Shown: piece after piece, positions 14,201-29,367 of the stretch
Numbering within the stretch: position 1 is the stretch's first letter
Layout: the number at the start of each line of letters is the position of its first letter
Source of the DNA: Antedon mediterranea
Taxonomy: Eukaryota; Animalia; Echinodermata
Direction: 5' to 3'
Length of the DNA: 64,000 nucleotides
Assembly (NCBI RefSeq): GCF_964355755.1
Contig: NC_092678.1
Coordinates: forward strand, 20,539,365 to 20,603,364
Translations under genes and position numbers: made by a program
Notes under the pieces: generated by a model
Told to the model about the DNA's origin: nothing
Seen by the model: the letters and a program-made list of their open reading frames with translations, nothing else
Database searches by the model: none

Positions 14201-17200
14201 TTTTGTTTTACTAATTATTTTTTATTTTCTGTGAACTTACCACTTAATTGCGAACGCTAACTCATTGAATTGCGCAAGCGACGGACATTCTTCTTTAAAT
14301 GCGAATTCTTTACTTTTTTAATTTATAAATAAATACAATTTTTTTTATACCTCACAGTTTCTGTACTAACTTCCTGACTTGCGCACATGTGTGAACGTAT
14401 TCTTTTAACAACTAAATCTTCATTACGTGGGTAATCCCTCAATACGAACATTTCACAAAAAAAAATTCTTTTTTAATTTTCTGTGTCAATGCATCTTTAA
14501 GAGATTTGTCAATTAACTCGTGTCGTCATATTAGATTAAGGAAGCTTACTCTACGAATATTTCACCAGCTTATCGCAAACAAACACGCAATTAATTTATT
14601 TCCAGGGATTGGGGGAATCAATCCCTTAACACTGAGCGTTCGTTGATTTATGAAGCCTAGGGCACTGAGAATTATTGCTACTGTCTGCGTACATATCTAA
14701 TTAAACAACTTTGAAATATATTGGAATCTTAGATAAATAAGTATACAATTTTCTTGAATTGAAAAAAAACATCCTTTCTATTTTATTTATAATACAGTTA
14801 CGTATGTCAGCTTTTTATGAACAATGTGCTATCTCCCCGTATAGTGAATAAATAATAGTGAGTACTTGCGCGCATCGGGGCGTTTAACGAAAGCAGACAG
14901 TAATGTATATATAAAACAAAAAACTGCGCATGTGTAAGTTCAGTGCCCCATTCCGTTCATATCGTGACTGTATTTAGTCGTTTTAACGTTCGGTCTGAGA
15001 GAAGACCAAGTAAAAGTTTATGACTTCATTTTGAAACAGTAATTGATCAGTAGAAGCGATTGCATATAATACAATACACGATAAACCAACTTAGCACAAT
15101 TATTACAAAATACAAAATGTTATGCTTATTTTTTCATCATAGACAATATTCATTAAACAATCTTATTAGAGACCTTCTAATATTATAATTTATATATTTT
15201 TATGATGCTTTGTTTATAATCGTAATTTGTACTATTCTATAGCCTATAACCAACTGTTTGGTTTGTTTGTAGAAATTCTCTACTCGATAAGTATGACATC
15301 GTTTAGAATAATGAACGTCTATGCAATATTTTGATAAGAATTTACTATGATTTGTTCTTAAGCACTATCAAACTTTATGTGACAACAAAATGTGATGTGC
15401 CCATATATGAAAATGATGATGTCATATCAATACCATATTTGGGCATATCACTACCATATTTGGGCATATCACTACCGTATTTGAGCACATCACGCTTTTT
15501 GTAGACAGAGCTTTAGGCAGCTTATTACACAACAGCGTACGCGAGTATCATAATTTCGTATCCTTATGATATTGACGGATCCAATTTTAGCTAAGAGGCT
15601 TAATTACCTTTCATTAGACAGGCTCATTTGAACTTTCACTATCTTTTTAGGGCGCAGGAATCTTGGCAAAATCTATCCGTACAAATGTACAGGCCTAGGC
15701 TTATAAAAGTGAAAGTAGACTGTTTTAGGTTACGGTACTGTACAATGAATCGATAGTGTTCATACGCGCAGATGCATGTGAGCTGATAATGACGAGTCGT
15801 CAAAGGCAGTTGGTAATTAAATAATTTCCACAAATCAAATAAATATTGTAATTAATATCTGAAAATTAACTCATCCTTTTTGAAGAAGTTGTCTTCTGTA
15901 TTTTGATTGGTTGAAAAAGTTAGTGACAATATATTAGAGGGCGCTGATTATTTAATGGTACGTTTCACAAAGACAAAAGATACAGAATGGGGATTTCCCG
16001 TTCCGTTTAGTTGAGGAGGCTGGAGATACAAATTTAAGATAATCTAAACAAACTTGTAATATTACATGTAGTAGGCATACAATAGTTAGGCCTGGGTATT
16101 TTACATATATTTCTAAATCGCAGGCCGTTACCACCCGCGTCTCGTTCCTGAGTGAGCGGAGATTCCTAAATCAATTTATTTGGGCCGAAGATGTTAAACG
16201 TGCACAATATTAAAGTAGATTACGTTAGGGCCCATCAAGTGTAAATTAGGCCCCCACGCCTGAGATTATTGATGATACAAATTTAAGCTCTGTCTAAATT
16301 ATCACTATCAAATATGGTAGTGATATGGCCAAATATGGTAGTGATATGACATCACCGAGTCCATATAAGGACACATCACATTTTTTTGTCACATGAAGTT
16401 TGATAGTGTCTCTGTCTACACTAACTAATTTGATGTACCCAAATATGGTAGGGATATGATACAGCTTGATAGAGTAGACGGAGCTTAAGAAGATGGTTTG
16501 TAAAACTTTAACACGAGTAGGCCTATTAGAATTTCATTTTTTTTTAATCGTAAAATTATTAAATTAAATATTTCCGAAGCCCACCTGTCTTCTAATCCTA
16601 TTTCTTATTTCTGTCTTACCTTGTAATTCATTCTTTCCAAAAAGTCAAAACAAAACTGGAGCATATTTCGGTCAAGCAGAATAAACCAGCATTGAAATCC
16701 GAATAACGCATTGACTTCTCAATAACATAAGCCTGACTTCTCATTGTCCAGCATTCGAAATTATGAACAGATAACAATCATAATACGATTATTATATTAC
16801 CTATTGTTTGTTCATTAAACCATTACAGGTGTTTTGCTGGTACAGTGTGAACAACGCTCTTTGACGGTTTCTAAAACGCGAATGACAAATAATTCTAGGT
16901 CGTATCCGATTGGTCGAAAGCTCGACTCATCCTTATTTGAAGTGGTTGAGAACAGCACAGGTGAAAAAATGGAGTATACAGATCACAAAAACTATAGTTA
17001 CGATGGGATAACGAAATCTTGACCCATCCTTATTTGAAGACGTTAAGAATAGCTCATGTAAAAGCAGTACTGCTTTGTCGGTTTCTAAAACATGGGTGAC
17101 GAATTTGATCATCAACATAATATCAACAGTCCCGCACGAACTATTGACGAAACGGCACACGATTGTTTGTGTACTGCTAAATGTGTTTATTTGTTTAAGA

Positions 17201-17295
17201 CATTTAATCATATTAACTAATATTTGGATGATGTCAACAACCATTGCAAAACTATTTCGTGGATGATGGTGATTGTCACGTATGGTTCTTTGAAC

Positions 17296-17620
17296 TTCGT
17301 ACGCTCGTGTGGGCCATATTTCAAAGTAGGCCTAAAGCCAGACCCAGTCTTAGTACGCTCGTGTGGGCCATATTTCGTAGTAGGCCTAAAGCCAGGCCCA
17401 GTTTTAGTACGCTCGTGTGGGCCATATTTCGTAGTTGGCCTAAAGTCATGCATGCCCAGTCTTCGTACGCTCGTGTGAGCCATCTTTCGTAGTAGCCCTA
17501 GGGCCAGGCCCGATCTTCGTACGCTCGTGTGGGCCATCTTTCGTCGTAGTATGCCTAAAGTCAGGCCCAGTCTTTGTACGCTCGTGACGTGGACCATCTT
17601 TCGTATTAGCCAGGCCCAAT
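17296..17620. repeat. Minisatellite, 54-60-bp unit, about 6 copies
   Basis: Repeated GTACGCTCGTGTGGGCCATATTTCGTAGTAGGCCTAAAGCCAGGCCCAGTCTT. Confidence 0.9.
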
Positions 17621-20600
17621 CTTACCATATTACTTATTTCTATTCAGTAGTTGACCTAAAGTATAAGCCCATTCCCAAAATGTCAGACATTTTAAATCGT
17701 GATTTCATTTTTTAGGTCTCGTCTAATTAAATTTAAAAATGCCGTATAAAATGTATAATGGAAGTTTTGTAAATTATGCCTAACAATTATCCACAACATA
17801 AGCCTACGTATTTCCTTTAAAAAAATCCCCGTCATTTTACCCAAATTGACAATGTTATTTCATAGTATTGTAAATTAGCAATAGGAATGCTTTGAAACTA
17901 AATAACTCTACCCAAAAATGTCGGATCTCCAGAGTATCTGCACATTTACGAGCTATCTGTAATGTTCTAGTTTAGTTTAAAATGTTTAACTAAGGTTACT
18001 GTGCCACCCTACCACATAATGCCGAGGCTTAGTACAATGAGCTCCTAACTGCTCATTTCCCTAGGTTCAGAGAACACGGGACTCACCTTTACCTTTACTG
18101 GGCCAAAACTCAATTCCCGGTGTACACCGACACTTTCACTCTTTACAAATGTTTGCCGAGTAAACTTGCTAAAGTCAAGTGTTTTTGTAATGCAGTATGT
18201 ATCATAAAAGAAGGAAACCGGCTTTAAAAAAAAATCTAAAACAAACTGACGTGTGTATAAAAGGATTTGCTACTACTTGAAGCAACAATAGATATAGCTG
18301 TATGTGTCAGTTTATACCTTGTAACTTATACCAAGGGTGAAAACATAGTACTGTAGTGTGTCAGTAGAACATGAATTAACGATATATCGTCGTGACCAAA
18401 AGTGTCCTCCTATGGTTTAATGTCAAATCATTGCTCCATGGTTAAAACAAAATACATTATTCCCCTTGTTAGTTTCACATGAAAGTGTCCCATATAATAA
18501 TAATGGTGTCCCTGAATATGGGTGTCCCAAAAGAAGGGTTACTGTACAAATCTTCTAACGCTCTGTCTACACTATCAAACTAGTTTGACAAAAAAAAGTG
18601 TGATATGCCCAAATATGGTAGTGATATGCCCAAATATGGTAGTGATATTCCTAAATATGGGAGTGATATGACATCACCATGTCCATATATGGGCAGCCCT
18701 GGTTTGTTATAATTTTATTGGATACCTCCATTGTATTTCCCCTCTTTCTCATTAGGAAGGACCCCTGAATAGGGGTGTCTCAAAGGAAGGATTCTAACTG
18801 TACAAAGCTTCAAGAAGCGTAGATCCTATCAGACACACACATATATTCTCCCTTGTTCAATATTGTTGTAGAATACCTTGGTAAGGTGGTATCACGCCCG
18901 ATAACCGTACAATATAAACATTAACTTACTAGTGTATCTATTTCTTCTAAGCATTTCGTCTAAGGCTGGCTACGTTCAGTGCGCCCGTCACACATAGGCC
19001 ACTACATGTTACCTTTTATTAATATTTAGACCTACACTGACTCTACCGTATGACCTGCTCTAGTCTAAATCGTATTTCTAGCATTCATACAAAGTTGTGG
19101 TTTAAAAGAATTGAATAACGTATATTCTTTCTAAAGAATACATATACTGGGGTTACTCAAGTTTTACGATGATAATTATCAACACGATAATAAGTTTGTG
19201 GTACTTTAAAGAATGGTCTATTGTATTTAAAACACGGCGCATGTTAGGTGAATACGTCTTTGTAAGAAGTCTTTTAAAGTATGTTTCGATACAGAACTGT
19301 TATAGTAATCGTTAAGAATACATAGTCAATGTTATCTTACATTTAATGACACGGAATAGTTAGACCTACACATCACATTGTATTGTCACATAAAGTTTAA
19401 TAGTGTAGACAGAGTTTTATAATGTTATATCAGAGTTTAACTCTTCCCTGGTTATATTGTAACACAAGAAAACCACTTAAAGGAAACACAAGGCCATGTG
19501 CTCGTAACGCATGCAATTTGACAAACGACAGATCATCTAAACCGTCGGCTGTGATTGGTCAAATTGCTTGTGTTGCGCGTACGCAACGCAAAATAGTGTA
19601 ATTTATCTTCGTATTCTAAAAAAAAAAAGATTTTTTCAAGGTTAATGCCTCATTTTCTCTCTCCTTTCCTTTAACCTACCAACTAGGCCTGTCATAATAG
19701 CCACACCAATACTACGTGGATTTTATTGCCATTCCATTCTGTATTTCTTTTCATGCTAAATAGCTTTCTATTGATAAACAATTTTATAGCATAATCAAAT
19801 TAGGTGCTGGGCCGTCTGTAAAGCTCCGTCTACATTATCAAACTAAAAGTGTGATGTGCCCAAATATGGTAGCGATGTTCCTAAATATGGTAGTGGTATG
19901 ACATCATCATATCCATATATGAGAACATAAAGTTTGATAGTGTAGACAACTGGAGCCTTACAGTTTGGTTTTGTTTTATTTTGTAAAAATTGACCAAAAA
20001 ATGAGACGAAACTAGTATTTTTACTTGTGTATGTTCATATGTAGGATTGTCAATTATTACCACAACTAATCTGCTATTAAGTATTGCATGACAATAATGA
20101 AATCCCCTTTTATTACCGATTGTCTTGTAGGCCTAGGTGGTTGATAGCTTGCCACCGCAGGCAAATGCGTTTGCACCCTCTCTTCTACTAGTAAATTCTG
20201 CAAAAGTGGTCACTCCGCCCGAACTCTCGCATATACATTTAGGCATAAACTAACTAGCGAGTATCTGTTTTTAATGTGGTCATGAGTATATAAGTGCACC
20301 GGTTAGAAGTAACATGAAGCATGCGTTATAATGAATGGTGAGAAATTGATTCTTTTCGGGTTTTCCTTCACTTTAAAAATAAAAATTGTTAAAAAGGGAT
20401 GCTAGTAACATAAGTAGTACACTGTTGATATATCTCTTTAGTATCAACACATCCATACCAACCGTTCCAATCTGTCCACATTTTTCTTTTAAAAAAGGAG
20501 GGTGTATAACGGTGCAAAATAATAGTCCGTACTTTGGCAAATCAAAAAGCACAGCCTAACGTATATTATTTTAGAACTTAACAATACCATGTTCATAAGT

Positions 20601-21786
20601 AGGCTATTACCAATTTCAAAAGTAGTTAGTGGGGTGAATCCAAACCAAACAAAAATAAAACCTCTCAAAAGCTCTGATTTAACCGCCTTTTTGTTAACGT
20701 TAGAGGCGATGAGGCGAAACCCATACACTTTCAAAATGAAATGTCAGTTGAACTATTCGTACGTTGTCACGATATTATACTTATAGATATAGCCTGAACT
20801 TTGCTGTACTTTTCAAACACAATGCTGATATATAAAGTTGTAAAAAAAAATAAATCGAACATCGCACTTAAAACTGCTCTATATTATTTTTATTGTAGAA
20901 GTAAATTGTGTAAGAATATTGTGGTTTATAATGAACTGAGTAAGTTCTTTGTGAGCACATTGCAGACTACAAACTTTTTGCGCGCCATAATAAAGGACGA
21001 CGCGACGTTGTCTATTTTTAACTTGCTTGCGTTGCGTGTCATACCTCTTGAATCAATCCCCACCACCAGCCTAGCTTAGTTCGATATAGACGACGGAGCG
21101 CGGTGGCGGTGAACCGTGGCGGTGTGTACACGCACCGCCACGGTTGATGGATGAATGAGAAGATGAACAGAAAGATAGTTAGATAGTTAAAACGATAAAC
21201 ACTATAACGTATAACAAAACTTGTATTATTTAAGTTAGAATACTTTCCTGTTACAGTTGTGAGGTACAGATATAAGATAAGAAAATGTAATATGAGAAAT
21301 CTATCTTGTTTATTGAAACCTGTCGAATTTGTTTGATGTGCACCGCCCTTATCTTATTTACTAACAACCTCACATTGTATTTCTTATGTTTGGTTACATG
21401 TCACACTTTTGTTCAATGCTCTGAAGCGTCAGTATCTTGTCTGTCATCAATCTGACAATAGACGACGTAATTCCCACGGTTAACACTACAAATACACCGT
21501 TTATCAATTTTGATAATCAAAAAGAAAAAATTAAAGAACAAATAGCACTGTCTGAATAGTATAATCTTATTGAATCAGATCTCGGAAGTTAGTATTAATA
21601 CCAATATCTGTTTCACTACCATCCTCACTTGCGCACCACCGACGAATTTGACAGTTCGAGATGGGACGTTCATGCACTGTATCTCGTATCGTTCCTCGCC
21701 TAAACCTATAGGAAGATTGAGGGACAAACCTATAAGACCACTTGGTTTATTATTCCTTTACTTAGGAAACTAAAAAGACCACTAGG

Positions 21787-21915
21787 AAACCAAAAGATAA
21801 CTGCATAAACCAAATGATAACTCCATAAACCAGAAGATAACTGGATAAACCAAAAGATAACTGGATAAACCAAAAGATAAAATTGATAAACCAACAGATA
21901 ACTGGATAAACCAAA
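21787..21915. repeat. 20-bp tandem repeat, about 6 copies
   Basis: (ATAAACCAAAAGATAACTGG)n. Confidence 0.85.
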
Positions 21916-24900
21916 TAAAAAAATATTTAAGGAAACAAATATGAAAAAAAATCATGTTAAGCGCAATGTCTGCATGATGGAAAACGTTTCAAAATGAGAG
22001 AGTTATTTAATAATAAATATGGTACCGATTTTAGAAATCTGTATTCTGTTTGTATGCGACTTCACTGACACAGACTGTATAACCATGTAACAAAATAATG
22101 GTCTTGTCGTATACACACGTAATCATCTAATCATGTATACACATGGCGTACATGTTTAATCCAACAAACCCCCCCCCCCCCCACCCAACTCATCATCAAC
22201 CCCTCACCACCCCACTCCTTCTAATCCCATACTCCTGCTAATCCCCTACTCCTGCTAATCTCCTACTCCAATTCTAATTGACGATTTAGTTAAATTTTCG
22301 TTTTATAGAAATATTGTGCTCATATAGATATGACTATTTTTATTTTATTTTCATGTAATCAACAACCGATCGAATATATAAACACAAATAGTAGACCCAG
22401 TAATTAGATACTTCTATCGGTCGGCTAAATAACCTTGATTCCTTTTAGATCTAACAAATCGGAACGCTAAACAAATACGGATTATTATAACTTTGGGATG
22501 TGTAATGTGGACTTTGAAATCGATATATTAAACACTGCACGGAAACTACAAATATTTAATATTAGTAATCTATTTGTGGAATAAGTTATAACTTAAATAT
22601 ATCAAGTGCCTTTCGACACCAGTTTCATTATGTTTCAGGGACATACATCCAATTTCTATTGTCAGACTAATATACCGATTATATAACACCTGAATAAATC
22701 TCTGTCAGTTGATTGGACGATTGCGGGTCACATTGCGTGCAATAGTTAAATTTAACTTACAACCTAAAATGAGAATTGATTTAGGCCTAAAACATATCTA
22801 ACATATCTGCAACTAGGATGGCTTAAGCTAAGTCGATGGTATTGTTGGAGGAGGTTGTTGTCTGACGAGGCTTTTGACGTTGGGCCATATCGTTATCGTA
22901 AGTTCACAAATCACTTGAGTTGGGAGGAATAAATTACTGTATTTGTTGTTTGTTTTTTATAAATTATATATTTTTGGCAAATTTCCAAGGATGGCCGTAA
23001 GCGAATTCATTCACTATCCTTCTTAAAAGTGGCAATCCAATCCACACAAAAATTAATCACATACACAAGATGTTCTACATAAACACAGTCTTATTACAAG
23101 TCTTTGGGATTTGGGAGTAGAGTTGTAATTTATTTGTTGTTAAGATGATATTATCATAAATCTATTTTTACCATTTTTAATAGGCCTCGTGGTAACTGTT
23201 ATTGTTTAAATTTGTTAATATACGTGTAGGCCTGAAAAAGTGCCATCGAGGTCGGAGCAACGCCGAGCAGAGTACGGCACCCCTATCAAAAGATTTGTTT
23301 AACACCAGTCATTTTTTCTTAAATTAAGCAGCATTTAATTTACTGTAAGTTGTATTCATTGTTCTCATTTTGTTCAAAGCGACCCGCCATGTTGCAAGCG
23401 CTTCGGCACTTTGATCCTAACTTACAAGCCCAGAAAAATATAAAAGAATGCCGTGTGGTGTGTGTACATAGAGCCAAAATAAGGCCCTCGGGGGCTACAG
23501 TCACAATGAGGCGGACCTGTAAGCCTACAAAGTCAATTTTGCCAAGCTAACCCAAGCGTGCATATCTTTTATTTCGGCATAATTTTCTGTATTTACTGTC
23601 GACGTATTAACAGACTTTTAGTCGAGTGTTATTTTCCTTTTTGTAACGATAGCCTGTGTATATGATTTTTATTAGTACACGCGACCGAAAGCCTTAGGAC
23701 AAACATTGAAAGTAGGGGGATAGATAGATTTGTAGACATTCGTAACAATTTTAAAATATTAAAATAACAGGCAAGTAGCTTTGAAAAGACATAAAAACAG
23801 TAAATAACGAGAAATTTAGAAAAAGGTGTAGAGATTCTGAAATTAATTATTGTGAAACATTGAATAAAAAAAGATGGTGGTTGACCACAAAATATAAAAT
23901 AAAATTGCTTTCAAAACTATTATTATATATTACCGTAAGGATGAAAAAATAGATTTAAAACATTTGAAAAATATTTGTTTATGAAGCTCATGTGTCTATT
24001 TAGATATGCAGGAGGCCTGTTTTCCATGTAATAAGTCATTTTTTTAAATCAACAAAATATCGAATATAATGCAACAAATCTAAAGTCTAAACTAACTAGT
24101 TTGACAAAAAAAAGTGTGATGTGCCCAAATATGGTAGTGAAATGCCCAAACGTGGTAGTGATATGACATCATAATGTCCATTGGGTAAATTTCATGTTTT
24201 TGTCACATAAAGTTTGATAGTGTTAACACATCCAACACATTGTTATAGGCCTGATGCGAGATACACGTGGCTGGCTGCGTGCAGATTGACCTCATGCACT
24301 TTTAAGCAGATGTGGTTATTATGTAACACACGTGTAGTCTAGTATGTAGAATAATTCTTGTGAAAACAATTTATATTAAGCTCTGATATGCCCAAATATA
24401 GTATTGATATGCCCAAATATGGTATTGATATGCCCAAATATGGTAGTGCTATGACATCATTTTTATATTATGGGCACATCACATTTGTCTATCACATAAA
24501 GTGTCATAGTGTAGACAAAGCTTTAGGGATATTTAAAAAAAAAAACATGTCTAGAAGTGCAGCCTAGTTATTAAATCAATAATTAATCCTAATTTAACAA
24601 TAAAACATTGAGGTTATGAATTGTATACATTTTGAGTTCTGGATTGAGGGCGACATTCCTTTCTTATTTTGTTGATACACTGCACCAAAAATAAGCAGTA
24701 CTTTTATAGTTTGTCATAAATAAATTTAATTGAATCTCTCAAGTCTGATTTTACGGTATGAGAAAGAATAATTCTAAATAATGTCTATGGTGCTTATACA
24801 TACTTCTTACATGTTGTGTTGTAATATTAAGACACAAAACAAAACACTGTTAATTTCACTTAGGCCTATCCCTGGTTTGTTTATAACATTTAAGATTGTG

Positions 24901-24999
24901 AAAAAGGGGTTACTTCGTACCTTTATAACCTGGTATTTGGCATAGAAAGTAATATAAACATTTTATTTAAACGAAATTATAAATTTCGGCTCCCTTTAA

Positions 25000-25333
25000 A
25001 AATGTGTTGTCCTCCATAAACATCAAAAATAAATATTAATTAAATCAGACTGGTTCTTTTGTAGTTTTAATCAAGTTAATCCCCTTCGTAGCAAAAAAAA
25101 AACCCCAAAACAATTTTTTCTTACATAAAATGACAAAATAAATGGTCAAATTAAACCAAAAACCTAGCAGCCAATTTGACTTTTCTTTGCTTTAAATTAC
25201 AGTTTTTCAGGTAAATATATATATATATTTTTTCAATTTAATTTTTGTTCAAAGTGGATAACTATTATGTGACATTAAAATGGCATATTCAACAACAATA
25301 AAGAAAAAAATTGTTCAGGGGAACAATTCATCT
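25000..25333. mobile_element. Kolobok-like MITE (TTAA-flanked), copy 1
   Basis: TTAA|AAATGTGTTGTCCC...GGGGAACAATTCATCT|TTAA; homologous to 28957-29285. Confidence 0.65.
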
Positions 25334-28300
25334 TTAAGCCAAATGAACTCCTCGTTCATAACCTACTTTTAGTATCAACACAAACACAGGCAAACACACC
25401 ATCAAAGGACCAATATATACCCGTTTTCCATCCCAAATGTCAGTGACTCAGCACTTGTGATTGCCTTTCATAACTTGACCGTTCGCCTCTTTTCTAAACC
25501 ATTTGTATTTATTGGCCGAGAGATAATTGAATGCTGTATCAAATGACCATAGTTTGACATGGTTTTAGGTTTTTGGTGTTCGAACTCAGCAGGTTTAATA
25601 CGCCATGATCGCATCGTCTTGCTCGTCTTTGTTTATTGAAACTAGTCTTAGAATCTCAAAAAAAGATCAACCATTTATAATTCTCAAATTCTGTTTTTGT
25701 GTTCGTTAGATTGTGAGAAATCTTCCTGAAAAATTCGTTTCTTTTCTAACACAATTTGTATTGAGACCTTCCTAAAAGCATTTTGTACTGTCAAAAACGT
25801 TTTCACATATGTCTCATTGGTTCATGCCAAGTCTTGTTTTTGTGTCTGTAGTTAGAAACGTTAAATACTCTTTGTTTTGATTCAAGCAAAGATTTTGTTC
25901 TCGTATCCGTTAGATTGTGTCAAATATACAACAATATACTTGAAGTATTCGTTTAATTTAACTCGCGAAGCCTATTTCTTCTGTTAAAAAACTTCATGTT
26001 TATTCAGACATATCTTGGTTTAATGTCAACATTTTAGTTACAGATTTGGTTTTTTTTAAAATCAAATCCCGCTTTTACTTTATGAAATATAATTGAAATG
26101 GAAATTGTTTTCTTCAAATTATTAGTCCAATTACCTATGGATCCACCCCACCCTCTCCCTCTCTCTCTCTCTCTATCAATCAATCATCAATCCATCAAAA
26201 TCAATTTATTCCATAAACTAAGGATATGTACAAATATTTTATCAAAAAGTTATGGAAAAAGGAACTCATAATAGACAAAGCTTTTAAGCCGAGACCCTTA
26301 ACAAAACGAGGTAAAAAAACAGCAATAAAGTAATTTAAAAGAAGATGATACAAATACTCTTGACAAGTCATTAAATATTAAACAAATTTCAAAGTTTTGG
26401 TCAAAGTTTGGATTATAATTAAAACCAAGGTAACGAATTTGAACTTTTTCAAAATCATTTTTCAAACTTATTTTGTACAAATTTGGTTTAATGGATTTGT
26501 AGTCGACGGTCATGAACCAATCCACGAACACAAAGCAACCCCTGCGAACGAAACGGTTCAAATTTACTTTTGTTAGAGGAACCACAGCGGTAAGTTAAAT
26601 ATTAAACAAATTAAACGAATTTTTTATATAGAACTCGACTACTAGATAGAAATTTTATATTTGATCAAACGTCATACTAATCACTATTATATTAAGTAAA
26701 AAATATTTGTCTAGGGGTTGTTTTTTATTTTGATTTACGGCCAAAGAAAACTGACCAAGAATCGTATACAGTGACGATTCTCTCGTTACACGCTAGCCTC
26801 AATACTCTGGTACTAAATAGGCCTATGTGTTGAATCATCATCATCAATAACAATAATAGACTTATGGTTATGATATACAGGTTTAATACTAGGCATTTAT
26901 ACTATTAACATTTTGGCCAGGTAGTTTAAAGCCACAGCAAAATTTGTAGAACTTAGGCCTGTTGTGAATAACGGCTTAGAGCGGCTATCCCTTCTGTCTT
27001 GGACCTAATGTAGGCCTACGAAACACTTATGTAGCCTAGGTATTACAATACCCTTATAAACCCAATGTTTCCATTTGTTTACATCTTTAAGCAACTGTTT
27101 ACATTGGAAAATATTTGAGATATATGAGAAAAAAAATGATGAAAACCTGAATAATTAAACACATTGTCTTATTGAAATACAAAAGCAACACATGTATTTG
27201 CTAATCAATTTATTTTGGATTTAAATTGAAAATGGATTCTTTAATCACTTTAAATTCTTTAAGTGGACAATCTTTAATAAGTAAGATATATGATTAATTT
27301 ACTCAGATAGTAGTTGAATTGTTTATTGCAGAATCTTTTTGTTTTATTTTATTTGTGTTTTGTTTGTTTTTGATACTTTGAAATAATTTTTTTTTTAAAT
27401 AAAAACTAATTGAAAAAGACATCTAACCCATCAATGTATTAAGAATAGTAGGCCTAATTTGGTTTAACATCTAAACTGAATTGCACATGTGAACAACAAC
27501 GGTACAGAGAACTTTAATGAATTTTCGTCTACATATACAGTATAATGACGTTATATTAATAATGTGTAATAATAATAGTCACCAAACTGACAAGCACTCG
27601 CTTCTTTTTGATGTACTGTTGGGTGAAAAATTGTAAATTGTAATAATTGAAATTGTAAATTTTAATTATGAATAAAGATATTTATTTATTTATAAGTACG
27701 TTAGTTGTTAGTTAGTTAGTTGTTAGTTAGTTAGTCAGTATAGTTAAGCATAACAAACAATAAATTTGGCATAACAGGCTAAAATATGAAGACATAAGAT
27801 AAGATGTTAAATAATTTGCCAAAATGAATTGCTTGTTTTATTATTATTCTCATTGCTTTTTTAAATTTATGTATAAAACTTATAATCTTTAATTTAAATT
27901 TACTATAAATATTAATTAAAAATTAATTAATTTTTCCACAAAAAGTTCCAATAATATCGTAAATTATACAGGAGAACGAGGAACATAATTGTAAACATAA
28001 CTCGATTATATTATCACGACAATATTAGATAAAAAGAGATTAAAGTATTATAAATATTATAGATATATAAATAAGCCTATATATTCTTAATTATTTACAA
28101 ACAAAAACACATGTAAAATGTTAAAAGCACTTAAACAGCTTCTCATAATGTCAGAAATTGGCTTTGATTTAATTAACATTAAAACAGGAAACAAATCCAG
28201 ACAAGAAAATTAAAATATATAATACAAAAATATTAATCTATTAAAAATAAATACAATCTAATCGTAGGATTACTATCTTACCTGATATTCAGATAGGAAC

Positions 28301-28956
28301 AGCAAAATATGCAACAAACATCTATCCAATCTCAAATGAGTGTGTCCAAATTATTTTATAGACTAATCTATTTCAGAAACCGGCGCATCACCTTCGTAGA
28401 CTTAATTTAAATACAACGAAGCGTAGGCCTTAATACAGCCAATAATACAGGACCCCATCCGCTTACCGTGTCGTGACACAGATGCGATATTACCGTTAAG
28501 TGTCAAAACGCTGATCACAATCTTTGGGCTCAGCCGTGAATGATAATGGACAGGGCGAGTCTATCATTTCGATCACTCTCACAACATACACTCACCGGCC
28601 TAGGACAAATTTGTTTTCAATTATCAGACACATTTCGAAGGATGGTACAACTTTCCGAGCACATCTATATCTTAGGCCTACTATGTTTTTATTTTCTCAA
28701 GGTGATTTTACGCTCGAAGGCGTGTCTTTATCGTGGACGTATGTTTGTATATTATAGAGATAATTATCAATTTGTTGGTAATTGTACACAATTAAACGGA
28801 TTGATTTCTTTACCATTGATGGTTCTTCTTCGATATTGTTAAGTATCTACTTTATCTGGTATGTACCAACCAACTGTTTCTTAATTCATAAATGTTAGGA
28901 TACGTATCAATCATTTTGCCAAAATGATATGACGTCATCGCATTTACGTGTCTTAA

Positions 28957-29285
28957 AGATGTATTGTCTCCCAAAAACATGAAAAATTAAGATTAATTAA
29001 ATCAGACTTTGAATAGGTAATTTTGTAGTTTTAATGAAGTTATTCATTTCCGTATAAATATGTTTTCCCCTATTAGAACGACAACAAATGGTTAAATTAA
29101 ACCAAAAATCAATTGGCTGGCAGCCAATTAAAATATTTTTTGTTTTAAATTACAGTTTTTTCAGGTAAATAATTTTTGTTTTCGATCAAATTTTTGGTCA
29201 AAGTGGATAATTGTGTCTGAAATTAAAATGGCATAGTCAACAACAAAAATTGTAAATACTTTTTTTTTAGGGTTACAATACATCT
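28957..29285. mobile_element. Kolobok-like MITE, copy 2
   Basis: TTAA|AGATGTATTGT...ACAATACATCT; internal similarity to copy 1. Confidence 0.65.
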
Positions 29286-29367
29286 TTCACGAATACTCTA
29301 ATTAACCTACAGTACTGAAGAATATTCGGCATGAGTAGCAATTTTAAATCATTTTAGCTCAATGATA

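Noticed and set aside
17217-17715. Overlapping ORFs with repeated GPHERTKTG peptides; superficially CRISPR-like periodicity
   Set aside because: They arise from a 54-60-bp minisatellite. Unit lengths break frame, there are no unique spacers, no cas genes, and the context is eukaryotic.
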